Of a DNA stretch of 64,000 nucleotides, positions 39,001 to 47,185 are shown piece after piece. This DNA is from an uncultured Collinsella sp. Lineage in GTDB: Bacteria; Actinomycetota; Coriobacteriia; Coriobacteriales; Coriobacteriaceae. The stretch lies in NCBI GenBank assembly GCA_965141245.1, contig CBCSLZ010000001.1, forward strand, positions 1,899 through 65,898, given 5' to 3'. Numbering within the stretch: the first letter of the stretch is position 1; every line of letters starts with the position of its first letter. Under the pieces are notes generated by a model. It ran no database searches. It had not been told where the DNA came from and saw only the letters and a list, made by a program, of their open reading frames with translations. The translations under genes were made by a program, and so were the position numbers.

Positions 39001-39520
39001 GCTTGCGGCGCATGCTCGCCAGCTCATCCATGCGCGCGTCCGAAAGATCGGAGAGCGCCGCCATGAGGCTGGGACTCGTGGGGACGGGCGCCGGAAAGGG
39101 AAAGTTGGGATTGACGGCCGGCACTTTGGGCGCGGTGCGCGCGGGCTGTTTCGGCTGCGCCGTAAACGTGCGGACCGGCGTGCGCAAACCCTCGACGGGC
39201 TCGGCGCCGCTGGCATCCAGATACGCCAACGCCGTGGCGATGGCGTGCTTGCACATGCCGGAATAGCGGAAGGCGGCGGGGCAATCGCAGTCGTAGTCGA
39301 CAACCTCGTGCTCGTCCATATCGAGCGCCACGTGCGTCTTGTACAGGTCGCCGCGCGAGCCACGCACCGTACCCTCGATATTGACGTTTTTGGAGAAGCG
39401 CGAGCCGGAGTCCTCAAACGACAGCACGGCGCCGTTGAGCATGAGCGAACGCCCCTTCATAAAGGTACTGCCGAGCGCCGCCTCCTTACGAAGCGCCTGC
39501 GCAAACGTCCCCTGCGCCAT
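36056..39520 (-). CDS. SWIM-domain SNF2-family helicase
   Basis: SWIM CDCP...CKH; ILADDMGLGKT, LDEAQ, LTGTPIEN, LISLKAGGVGLNL and QATDRAHRIGQ. Confidence 0.93.
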   Translation of the reverse strand: MAQGTFAQALRKEAALGSTFMKGRSLMLNGAVLSFEDSGSRFSKNVNIEGTVRGSRGDLYKTHVALDMDEHEVVDYDCDCPAAFRYSGMCKHAIATALAYLDASGAEPVEGLRTPVRTFTAQPKQPARTAPKVPAVNPNFPFPAPVPTSPSLMAALSDLSDARMDELASMRRKLASSVDPDAPKAVLEPSLVPYYNPLFADRFSWALELRIRCGSVSYVVKDIDGMADAYVRGGTFSYGKKLTFVHTPEAFEDVSTKLLNLVVTTVAYLDDITSSRSASYDFARSGFVAERQLPLSEHSIVYVLDLLRGQTISFEPAWSRGTTTHRTYDVAVEMPPEGEDEALSKRPPLLAAKITPAAGGSYDLRLPADAYCFVSGDVAYLVDTRRARRTDAAFAQHAAPFLSRLLPCRTPVHIAVDQVGEFCRMALPVLREYTDLTAPAVLDTVAPEPSFAMAIGVDDGLVSCKITVSYGDWSADLFSLGAPGSPFEEPRPGVPPRDEIAEFRVMDTTALYFDFYEGGLAFEERDDESLFHLLTEGLSALSELGEVMLSDRLRQVSVRPAPKLSVRATVKSNLLDVELGASGLSAADLAVYLDSYKRHQSFARLTSGDIVRLDEGARAAFGLAKDLGVDAVDLLDGVSLPASSTLFVDSMLARTPALEADRDAAFRRTVERLDTLGKMDFTVPASLKATLRGYQVDGYQWLGSLEHLGLGGILADDMGLGKTLQMIAHILARVEAGDTKPTLVVCPASLVYNWTAELERFAPSLDVCAIVGAKAQRRVQIAGVVEHNVVVTSYDLMRRDIDEYVEQDFARVVLDEAQYIKNPLTQVARATKRLPAGVRFALTGTPIENRLSELWSIFDFLMPGLLGTRESFAKRFESPVEHAEGDSAARLQALVSPFVLRRVKEDVVADLPEKIEDTVMAQLTGEQRKLYLANQDRIAQQVQHREASEFKKDKLKVLAELTKLRQICCDPRLHYEDYKAGSAKLDTCMELVHGALDGGHRILLFSQFTGMLDIIGKRLAKEDIAFLKLTGASSKESRAKMVAQFQAGEVPVFLISLKAGGVGLNLTAADVVIHYDPWWNVAAQDQATDRAHRIGQQHTVTVYKLIAKDTIEERIMRMQESKRDLVNSVLGGDGISSALFTREDVLALLGGDGR

Positions 39521-39578
39521 CACTTCCTCCAATCCACCCACCGGATGATTTTTCTGGGACGGGGATTAAAAAATCATT

Positions 39579-42500
39579 TTAGATAACCGTCACGCGGCCT
39601 TGGTTGCCGACGATGGCCTTGGCCTCGGCCAGCAGCGGAATCGAGCGTGCGTTGACCTTGGCCGGCACCTCGGCACGCAGCACGCGCCCGTCCACCTGCT
39701 CGATAAAGATCTCCACGCGGTCGCCGCCCGGGTTGGCGGTAAGCACCGTGGCAAGACGCGCCATATTGCCCTGACTAAAGCGGCTGTTGGGCACCATAAC
39801 CTCAAACACCTTGGGCTTGTTGTTCTCCTCGTTGAGCTCAAGCGGCACAATCTCCTGCGCGATGATCTGGTCGCCGCGGTCCGAGCGCTCGAGTTTGCCC
39901 TTAATACGAACAAACGCATCGGACAGCTGTGCGCCGGTCTCGGGATCGACCTCGCCGTACAGGTACCCCTCGGCCTCCTTGTAGGTCTTGGGGAACACCA
40001 CGACGGTGGCCTCGCCTTCCATGTCCTCGAGCTGAACGATGCCCATGGGGTCGCCGTTTTTGGTCACGCGCTTGGACACGCTCGAGACCATGCCGGCCCA
40101 CCACAGTGCCTTGCCCTCGGGGATCTCCTGGTTGATGGTGCCGCCCGTGGGGTCTTGCACTTCGTAGCCGGTATCGATCTGCGAGAACGAGAAGTCGCGC
40201 GCTTTGCTGAGCGCATACTCAAACGGGCGCAGCGGGTGGTCCGAGACATAGATGCCCAGGACCTCCTTCTCCTGGCTCAGCTTGAGGTGGCGGTCCCATT
40301 CCTGGCCGTCCGGATCGGGCACGCTGACCTCGAAGCCCGAGCCCTCAACGTCGCCAAACATATCGAAGAACGAGGTCTGGCCGCTCGCGCGGTCCTTCTG
40401 GCGCTTTATCGCGGCGTCGATGATGTTCTCGGGGTTGTTCTTGTCCACAAAGTGCATCATCTGGCGGCGCGGATACCCCGTGGAGTCGAAGGCGCCTGCC
40501 TTGATCAGCGATTCGATCACGCGGCGGTTGGCCTGGCTCGAGTCCACGCGCTCGACAAAGTCGTGCAGCGTCTTAAACGGGCCGCCCGCCTCGCGCTCGG
40601 CGATAATCGCCTGCGCCACGCCGGTGCCCACGCCGCGGATGCCGGCCAGACCAAAGCGCACGCCTTCCTTGGTAGCCGTGAACTCGGTGCCGGACTCGTT
40701 GACATCTGGCGAAAGCACGGGGATGCCGTCGTGACGGCATGCCGAGACGTAGTGAACGATCTTGTCGGTCTTGCCCGTGTAGGACGTCAGAACGGCCGCC
40801 ATGTACTCGTGCGGATAGTGCGCCTTGAGCCACGCCGTCTGCATAACCAGAATGGCGTAGCCGGCAGAGTGCGACTTGTTAAAGGCGTAGGACGCGAACT
40901 CGAGAACATCGTCCCAAATCTTCTGGGCGACCTCGCGCGTGTAGTTGTTCTTGATGGCGCCGTTCATCCAGTGGTCGTAGGTGGTCTCGTCCGAGCCATC
41001 CTCCCAGTGCAGCACCGTCGACGTGAGCAGCTTAATCTTCTTCTTAGCCACGGGCTTACGGATACGCGAGTCCGATTCGCCCTTGGAGAAGCCGCACATC
41101 TCGACGGAGATGAGCATAACCTGCTCCTGGTAGACCATGGTGCCGTAGGTTTCGCCCAGGATGTCGTCCAGACGGTCGTCGTAGGAGACGGCCGGCTCCT
41201 TGCCGTTCATGCGGTTGATGTAGGACGAAACCATGCCGGCGCCCAGCGGGCCCGGGCGATACAGAGCGATCAATGCTACGACGTGTTTGTACTCGGTGGG
41301 CTTCATGTTCTTGATCGTAGCCGTCATGCCGGCGGACTCGACCTGGAAGACGCCGGCGGTGTGGCCGGAACCCATGAGCTTAAAGATCTCGGGATCGTCA
41401 AAGGGAATCTCTTCCTCTTTGATGTCGATGCCGAAGTTCTTTTTGATGTTGGCCTTGGCCTTGGAGATAACCGTCAGCGTGCGCAGGCCCAAGAAGTCCA
41501 TCTTGAGCAGGCCCATGTCGGCGACGGTATGGCCCTCGTACTGGGTAATCTCGACGCCGCCCTTGGTGTCGAGCTTGGTGGGCACGTGCTCGTTGACGGG
41601 GTCGCGGCAGATCAGAACGGCGCACGCGTGCACGCCCTCGCCACGGGTGAGGCCCTCGATCGAGAGCGCCGTGTCGATGATGCGGCGGGCGTCGTCGTCC
41701 TTTTTATAGGCCTCGGCAAAGTCGGGGTTAAACAGATCCTCTTTGCCGGGTTGTTTGTCGAGCACCTGTTTGAGCTTGACCTTGGGGTCGCTCGAGACCA
41801 TCTTGGACAGGCGCTGGCCCATGTAGACCGGGTAGTCCAGAACGCGCGCGGCGTCGTTAATAGCCTGCTTGGCCTTAATGGTCGAGTAGGTGATGACGTG
41901 GGTGACCTTCTCGGGGCCGTAGAGCTGGCGAACGTGCTCCACGACCTCGAGGCGCCGCTCATCGTCGAAGTCCATATCGATATCGGGCATCTCGGTACGC
42001 TGCGGGGACAGGAACCTCTCGAACATCAGGCCGTTCTCGAGCGGGTCGAACGCGGTGATGTTCATGGCGTAGGCGACGATAGCGCCGGCGGCAGAACCAC
42101 GGCCGGGGCCGACGCCGATGCCGTTGTCCTTGGCCCATTGCACGTACTCGGCAACGATGAGGAAGTAGGCGGCAAAGCCCTTGTCGCAGATGACCTTGTA
42201 TTCGTACTCAAAGCGCTCTTTGATGTTGACGCCGCCGATCTCGCGCGTGGCCCAGTCGTCACCGTAGTGCTGGCGCAGGCCCTTCTCGCACTCGCGGCGG
42301 AACTGGCTCTCGTGCGTCTCGCCGGGATCGAGCAACGGGAAGCGCGGCAGGATGATGGAGTCCCAGTCGAGCTCCACGTAGCACTTGTCGGCAATCTCGA
42401 GCGTGTTGTCGCAGGCCTCGGGGCAATACGGGAACATCGCCCGCATCTCCTCCTCGGTCTTCATGTAAAACTCCGAGCCGGTCATGCGCATGCGGTTGGG

Positions 42501-43382
42501 GTCGTCGACTTTGGCGTTCATGCCGATGCACATGATGACGTCCTGCACGGGCGCGTCCTCGCGGCGCAGGTAGTGGAAGTCGTTGGTCGCGATGACCTTG
42601 ACGCCCACCTGTTTGGCGATGTCGATGAGCGTGCGGTCCATCTGCTCGTCGGTCAGACCGTTGTCGGTGGTGATGCCGTGTTCCTGGATCTCGATGTAGA
42701 AGTCGCCGGGGCCGAAGGTGTCGCGGAAGGTCTCGGCCCACTTGATGGCGCCTTCCATGTCACCGCGGTCGATGTATTTGGGGATGATGCCGGCGATACA
42801 GGCGCTGGTGCAGATCATGCCCTTGGCGTGGCGGCGCAGGTTGTCGAGCGTCACACGGGGCTTGTAGTAAAAGCCCTGTACGGCGGCCTCGGAGACCGTC
42901 TGCATCAGGTTGACGTAGCCCTCCTGGTCCTTGGCCAGAAGGATCATGTGGTAGAGCTCGGGCTTGTGGTCGCGGGCGAGTGTCTCGTCCGGCGTAAAGT
43001 AGACCTCGCAGCCAAAGATGGGCTTGATGACCAGCGGCGGCTTGAGCTCGTCGATGTTGCCCTTCTCGTCCCACATGGCCATGTCCTTCACATACTGGGC
43101 ATGCTCGCGCGGGTTTTCCTCGGGATCGGGCTCCACCAGCTCGTCGCGGCGGTCCTTTTCCAGGAAGGCCTTGTCGTGGCTCCAGGTTTTGTATTCGGGC
43201 GTGTTGTGGTTGACGGCGTCGCAGGCCAGCGCCAGGTCGGGTACGCCGTACATGTAGCCGTGGTCGGTAATGGCCACGGCGGGCATGCCAAGCTCAACGG
43301 CACGGTTGACCATATCCTGGATACGGGTTGCGCCGTCGAGCATGGAGAAAACAGTGTGGTTGTGCAGATGGACGAATGCCAT
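39579..43382 (-). CDS. dnaE: DNA polymerase III alpha subunit
   Basis: FVHLHNHT, TDHG, GPGRGSAAG, MPDIDMDF, LLKMDFLGL and YAFNKSH. Confidence 0.97.
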   Translation of the reverse strand: MAFVHLHNHTVFSMLDGATRIQDMVNRAVELGMPAVAITDHGYMYGVPDLALACDAVNHNTPEYKTWSHDKAFLEKDRRDELVEPDPEENPREHAQYVKDMAMWDEKGNIDELKPPLVIKPIFGCEVYFTPDETLARDHKPELYHMILLAKDQEGYVNLMQTVSEAAVQGFYYKPRVTLDNLRRHAKGMICTSACIAGIIPKYIDRGDMEGAIKWAETFRDTFGPGDFYIEIQEHGITTDNGLTDEQMDRTLIDIAKQVGVKVIATNDFHYLRREDAPVQDVIMCIGMNAKVDDPNRMRMTGSEFYMKTEEEMRAMFPYCPEACDNTLEIADKCYVELDWDSIILPRFPLLDPGETHESQFRRECEKGLRQHYGDDWATREIGGVNIKERFEYEYKVICDKGFAAYFLIVAEYVQWAKDNGIGVGPGRGSAAGAIVAYAMNITAFDPLENGLMFERFLSPQRTEMPDIDMDFDDERRLEVVEHVRQLYGPEKVTHVITYSTIKAKQAINDAARVLDYPVYMGQRLSKMVSSDPKVKLKQVLDKQPGKEDLFNPDFAEAYKKDDDARRIIDTALSIEGLTRGEGVHACAVLICRDPVNEHVPTKLDTKGGVEITQYEGHTVADMGLLKMDFLGLRTLTVISKAKANIKKNFGIDIKEEEIPFDDPEIFKLMGSGHTAGVFQVESAGMTATIKNMKPTEYKHVVALIALYRPGPLGAGMVSSYINRMNGKEPAVSYDDRLDDILGETYGTMVYQEQVMLISVEMCGFSKGESDSRIRKPVAKKKIKLLTSTVLHWEDGSDETTYDHWMNGAIKNNYTREVAQKIWDDVLEFASYAFNKSHSAGYAILVMQTAWLKAHYPHEYMAAVLTSYTGKTDKIVHYVSACRHDGIPVLSPDVNESGTEFTATKEGVRFGLAGIRGVGTGVAQAIIAEREAGGPFKTLHDFVERVDSSQANRRVIESLIKAGAFDSTGYPRRQMMHFVDKNNPENIIDAAIKRQKDRASGQTSFFDMFGDVEGSGFEVSVPDPDGQEWDRHLKLSQEKEVLGIYVSDHPLRPFEYALSKARDFSFSQIDTGYEVQDPTGGTINQEIPEGKALWWAGMVSSVSKRVTKNGDPMGIVQLEDMEGEATVVVFPKTYKEAEGYLYGEVDPETGAQLSDAFVRIKGKLERSDRGDQIIAQEIVPLELNEENNKPKVFEVMVPNSRFSQGNMARLATVLTANPGGDRVEIFIEQVDGRVLRAEVPAKVNARSIPLLAEAKAIVGNQGRVTVI

Positions 43383-43483
43383 GTGATGAGCTCCGATGCG
43401 GGTTCGTGTTCTGACTGAACGATTTTACCCCACGGCACGGACAGCACCCGAACCTAGCCAAACCCACACGGCTCCTCTTGCAG

Positions 43484-43546
43484 TTGCGGTGAAATGCGGA
43501 CTGTTTGGCGGCTTTTTTGGCCAAAACAGTCCGTATTCCACCGCAA
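43484..43546. repeat. 63-bp extragenic palindrome, copy 1
   Basis: TTGCGGTGAAATGCGGACTGTTT...AAACAGTCCGTATTCCACCGCAA; related copy at 54523. Confidence 0.75.
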
Positions 43547-43558
43547 GTTATCTGAGGG

Positions 43559-46500
43559 CTAGAGATTGTAGGTGACTACTTGGGGCTCGGCGGGTTCGAC
43601 GAAGATGGCTGGATTCGCCTGCTCCACGCGAACGAACTTGACGGTCACGGCCTCAAAGCCCGCCTTGTGCAGAACATCAGCGTAGACGCGCGCCTGCAAG
43701 GCGTGCTTCTCGACCAGCTGCTCGGGCACCTCGTCCGGCGAGCCACCTGTCTTGTAATCGATGACCAGTGCGCGCGACGGATCGGCCGGGTCGGTTGCCA
43801 AGGCATCGATGGCGCCCTCGGCATATGCGCCGTAGCAGGCAATGTCCTCGTCCTCGCAGCCCAGCGAAAAGAAGGGCACCTCGGCGCGGACGCACGGCCA
43901 GGCAAGCAGCTCGGCACGGACCGCCGACCTAAGCCAGCGATTCAGGGCGATGTCAAAACGCTCGCGCTGCTCCGGCGTCAGGCGCCACAGACGCGCCAGG
44001 GCATCGACGCGCGCGGTGGGCAGCTCATCGGCATCCATCTCGATGAGCCACTGGCAGGCGGCATGGAAGGCCGAGCCCAAGGCCATGGGATTGCCGACAG
44101 GCTCGACAGCAGCCACCTCTGCATCGGTCATCTCTGAGCCATCCGACTCGGCATCATCGCCTGCCTCGTCCATGGGAACACGCGCCTCGGTGGCACGATC
44201 TTCCGTCTCGGCATGAAGTGCCGCGGCGATTGACGAGTAGCTATACGAGTCACGCGCCGGGAACGGACAAGTGCCCATGCGCACACCTACTGCCTGGGGA
44301 TACACAAGCTCAAACGAATCGGGCTTGGGGTCAGCAGGACCGGGCACAGCTGAATGCGCAGCATTATCGGCGACATCGGCATCGCCACGAACAAGCCTGC
44401 CCTCGGCATCCAGCGAAGCGTTGGCCTCAAACGCTTGCTCGCCAAAGGTAAAGTCAGAAAGCGAAATGAGCTCGTAGTCGCCCGACTGGGAGTTGTCGAA
44501 CACCAGGCGGTCGGCATCGAGCTGCGGCATGTCCAGAGCGTCGGTCGGCAAAATACGGCGCAGCACGTCGTAGGTCAGATCGGTCTCGGCATCGAAGGTC
44601 GGCGCCGTCACCTTGCCGCGGCTCACGCCGGCATCCATCGCCAGAATGACCAGCTCACGCGCTCGCGTCATGGCGACATAGAGCAGACGAGCCCGCTCCT
44701 CGAGCGAAAGCTGCAGGTCGTCGTTGCGCAGGCGAACGAATGCCTCGGCGGGAGAACCTGTCGCGCAGACATCCTCCATGAGCTCCGGCGGCAGCCACAG
44801 CGACGTGCCCTTGCCCTTAAACGCGTGCTCAAACTGCTTTTTGACGTCGTCGCCCTTCACAAAGGTACCGTCGGCAAGCTTAACGCCGTCGAAGCGTGCC
44901 GGCAGTGCCACGACCTGCGCTCCGCCCTCGACGCGACCCATCTGTGCCGCACCCGAGGACTTACGCACGCCAAAGCACTCGGCGACCGCCACGACCGGAT
45001 ATTCCAGACCCTTGGAGGCATGCACCGTCATGATGCGCACCGCGCCGTCGCCTTCCTCGTTGAGGGCACCCGGGGCCTCCTTGCCCGCCAAGAAGCGGTC
45101 GAAGGCCAGCGCGATGGAACGCGGCGAGTTGCCGAACTCGGCCTCCGCCTCGGCCACGGCGTCGAGCGCCTTGAGCACGTTGGCGGCAATGGCCTTGCCC
45201 TCGGGACCACGCTGCGCCAGACGCACAAACCAGCCGGAGGCGTTGACCACATCGCGCGCGATGGAGGCAAACGAATCGCGGCCCACGCGACGAAGCGCGT
45301 AGCGCAGCACCTCGCGGGCACGCGTTACGAGCGGCAAGCCCTGCAAGCCCGGCACATCGGAATCGTTCATGATGCCCACATCGATGTTGCGACGCGAGGT
45401 CTCCCCCGTCTCGCTATCGAGCTTGGTCGCCAGCGCCAGGAACTCCTGGGCGCCGAGTGCAAACATCGGCGAGGCGAGCAACGGCATAAGGCCCTGCGCC
45501 GTATCGGCCGGATTGGCGAGCGCACAAACCAGGGCGCGCACCGTCTGCACCTCGGCAGCCTGCGCAAAGACCGAGCCGCCCGCGATGACACAGTCGAGCC
45601 CCTGGTCACGGAAGGCCTGTGCGTAGACGTCTGCGTTGGTCATGCGGCCCAGCAGCAGCACCATGCCGCCCTGGGGCTGGCCGGCATCGGCAAGCGAGCG
45701 GAACCGCTCGGCGATCGCACGGGCCTTTGCCTGTGTGCGTTCCTGCGTACTGCCGCCGGCAACAAAGAGGGCCTGGCGACGCGAGGCGTCTGCCACCAGC
45801 GTGTCCTTGCGGCCGTCGCTCGCCTCAAGATCCAAAAATCCCTGCATCAGGCCGCCGTCATCGCCGTCGAAGACGCGTGCCACGTAACGCAGCACCTCGT
45901 CGTGGCTGCGGAAGTTGCGCACGAGTTTAACGAGCTCGCCGGCGGGGACATCCGGCGTGGCGACCGTCTCGGATGCCGCCGATCCTACCTTGCGCTCCTG
46001 GCGGCGGAAGACCTCGACCTCGGCGCCGCGGAAGCGATAGATGGACTGCTGTGCATCGCCCACGGTGCACAGCGCGCGCTCCCCCGCGCCGGTCAGGTAT
46101 CGGATCAGATCGACCTGCATCTGGTCGGTATCCTGGAACTCGTCGATCATGACCATCTTAAAGCGGCCCTCGTATGCCGCTCGGATGGCCGGGTAATCGC
46201 GCAGGGCCTCGTAGGCCATACGCAGCAAGTCGTTGTTGTCGAGGGCGGACTGGGCAGCCTTCAGCGCGCGATACTCAGCCTCCACGGAACGGGCCAGGCC
46301 CACCAGCGCATCGAGTGCCGGGCCACCGCAGGCAAGCACGATATTGATAAATGCATCGGCAGCCTCGGCCTTGAGCAGCTCGACCTGCTCCTTAGGAAAT
46401 GCCTTGCTCGCACGCGGCATGGTGCACGACATCATGAGTCGCGCCGCATCGGCCATGGTCTTGCCGCTGGCCTCGAATGCATCGATGGCGTCGAGCGCCA

Positions 46501-47182
46501 CCTGCGCTTTCTCGGTCGCGGCCTTGCTTGCGCCCAGCGACGCGCGATAGGCATCGGCAAGCGCCGAGGTATCGGCCTGGCCGCGCGCCACGCGCACGTC
46601 GTCCATGCCGCCCGGCAACTGGCTCGAGAGCTCCAGCAGCTCGCGCACCAGACCCTTGATGGTGGTGCCGGCACCAAACGGCCCGCCCTCGCCCGCCATG
46701 GGATACCAGGCGTAGAGGGCCTTGAGCGATGCGGCGAGCTCGGGGGCGGCATCGGGTGCCGTCGCGCGGGCCAGCACATGCTCAACAGCCTGGTCCATGA
46801 GCTCGTCGGTATCGGTGAGCACCGTGAACTCGGGGTCGATGCCCAGCTCCAGCGCGTGCGCGCGCAGAATACGCGAGCACATGCCGTGAATGGTCGAGAT
46901 CCACGCGTCGTCGACGGTCAGTGCTTCCTCGTCCATGCCCTCGTCGATAAGCGCACGGCGCACGCGGTCGCGAATCTCGGCCGCGGCGTCCTTGGTAAAG
47001 GTGATGGCGAGCACCTGGTCCAGATGCTCGACGAACGGACCGGATTCGGGCGAGAGCGCGTAGACGATGCGGCGCGTGAGGGTAAAGGTCTTGCCCGAAC
47101 CGGCGCCCGCCGAGACAAACAGCGGACGGTCGAGCGTTTTGACGATCTGCAGCTGTTGCGGCATCAAAGTCGAAAGATCCAT
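43559..47182 (-). CDS. addA: UvrD-type helicase/nuclease, AddA/RexA-like subunit
   Basis: SAGAGSGKT, TIHG, IDEFQDT, VGDAQQSIYRFRGA, TVHASKGLEY, YVAMTRA; C-terminal GAID...IDYKTG...QARVY nuclease. Confidence 0.85.
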   Translation of the reverse strand: MDLSTLMPQQLQIVKTLDRPLFVSAGAGSGKTFTLTRRIVYALSPESGPFVEHLDQVLAITFTKDAAAEIRDRVRRALIDEGMDEEALTVDDAWISTIHGMCSRILRAHALELGIDPEFTVLTDTDELMDQAVEHVLARATAPDAAPELAASLKALYAWYPMAGEGGPFGAGTTIKGLVRELLELSSQLPGGMDDVRVARGQADTSALADAYRASLGASKAATEKAQVALDAIDAFEASGKTMADAARLMMSCTMPRASKAFPKEQVELLKAEAADAFINIVLACGGPALDALVGLARSVEAEYRALKAAQSALDNNDLLRMAYEALRDYPAIRAAYEGRFKMVMIDEFQDTDQMQVDLIRYLTGAGERALCTVGDAQQSIYRFRGAEVEVFRRQERKVGSAASETVATPDVPAGELVKLVRNFRSHDEVLRYVARVFDGDDGGLMQGFLDLEASDGRKDTLVADASRRQALFVAGGSTQERTQAKARAIAERFRSLADAGQPQGGMVLLLGRMTNADVYAQAFRDQGLDCVIAGGSVFAQAAEVQTVRALVCALANPADTAQGLMPLLASPMFALGAQEFLALATKLDSETGETSRRNIDVGIMNDSDVPGLQGLPLVTRAREVLRYALRRVGRDSFASIARDVVNASGWFVRLAQRGPEGKAIAANVLKALDAVAEAEAEFGNSPRSIALAFDRFLAGKEAPGALNEEGDGAVRIMTVHASKGLEYPVVAVAECFGVRKSSGAAQMGRVEGGAQVVALPARFDGVKLADGTFVKGDDVKKQFEHAFKGKGTSLWLPPELMEDVCATGSPAEAFVRLRNDDLQLSLEERARLLYVAMTRARELVILAMDAGVSRGKVTAPTFDAETDLTYDVLRRILPTDALDMPQLDADRLVFDNSQSGDYELISLSDFTFGEQAFEANASLDAEGRLVRGDADVADNAAHSAVPGPADPKPDSFELVYPQAVGVRMGTCPFPARDSYSYSSIAAALHAETEDRATEARVPMDEAGDDAESDGSEMTDAEVAAVEPVGNPMALGSAFHAACQWLIEMDADELPTARVDALARLWRLTPEQRERFDIALNRWLRSAVRAELLAWPCVRAEVPFFSLGCEDEDIACYGAYAEGAIDALATDPADPSRALVIDYKTGGSPDEVPEQLVEKHALQARVYADVLHKAGFEAVTVKFVRVEQANPAIFVEPAEPQVVTYNL

Positions 47183-47185
47183 GGT

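Noticed and set aside
36056..39520. SNF2 helicase as an anti-phage defence system
   Set aside because: SWIM-SNF2 is a common housekeeping type, here directly downstream of dnaE, with no defence partners.
43030..43225. Possible intein in dnaE
   Set aside because: Too short, and lacks a C-terminal His-Asn followed by Cys/Ser/Thr.
39600..43418. 1272-aa plus-strand ORF
   Set aside because: Antisense shadow of dnaE caused by high-GC codon bias; no motifs.
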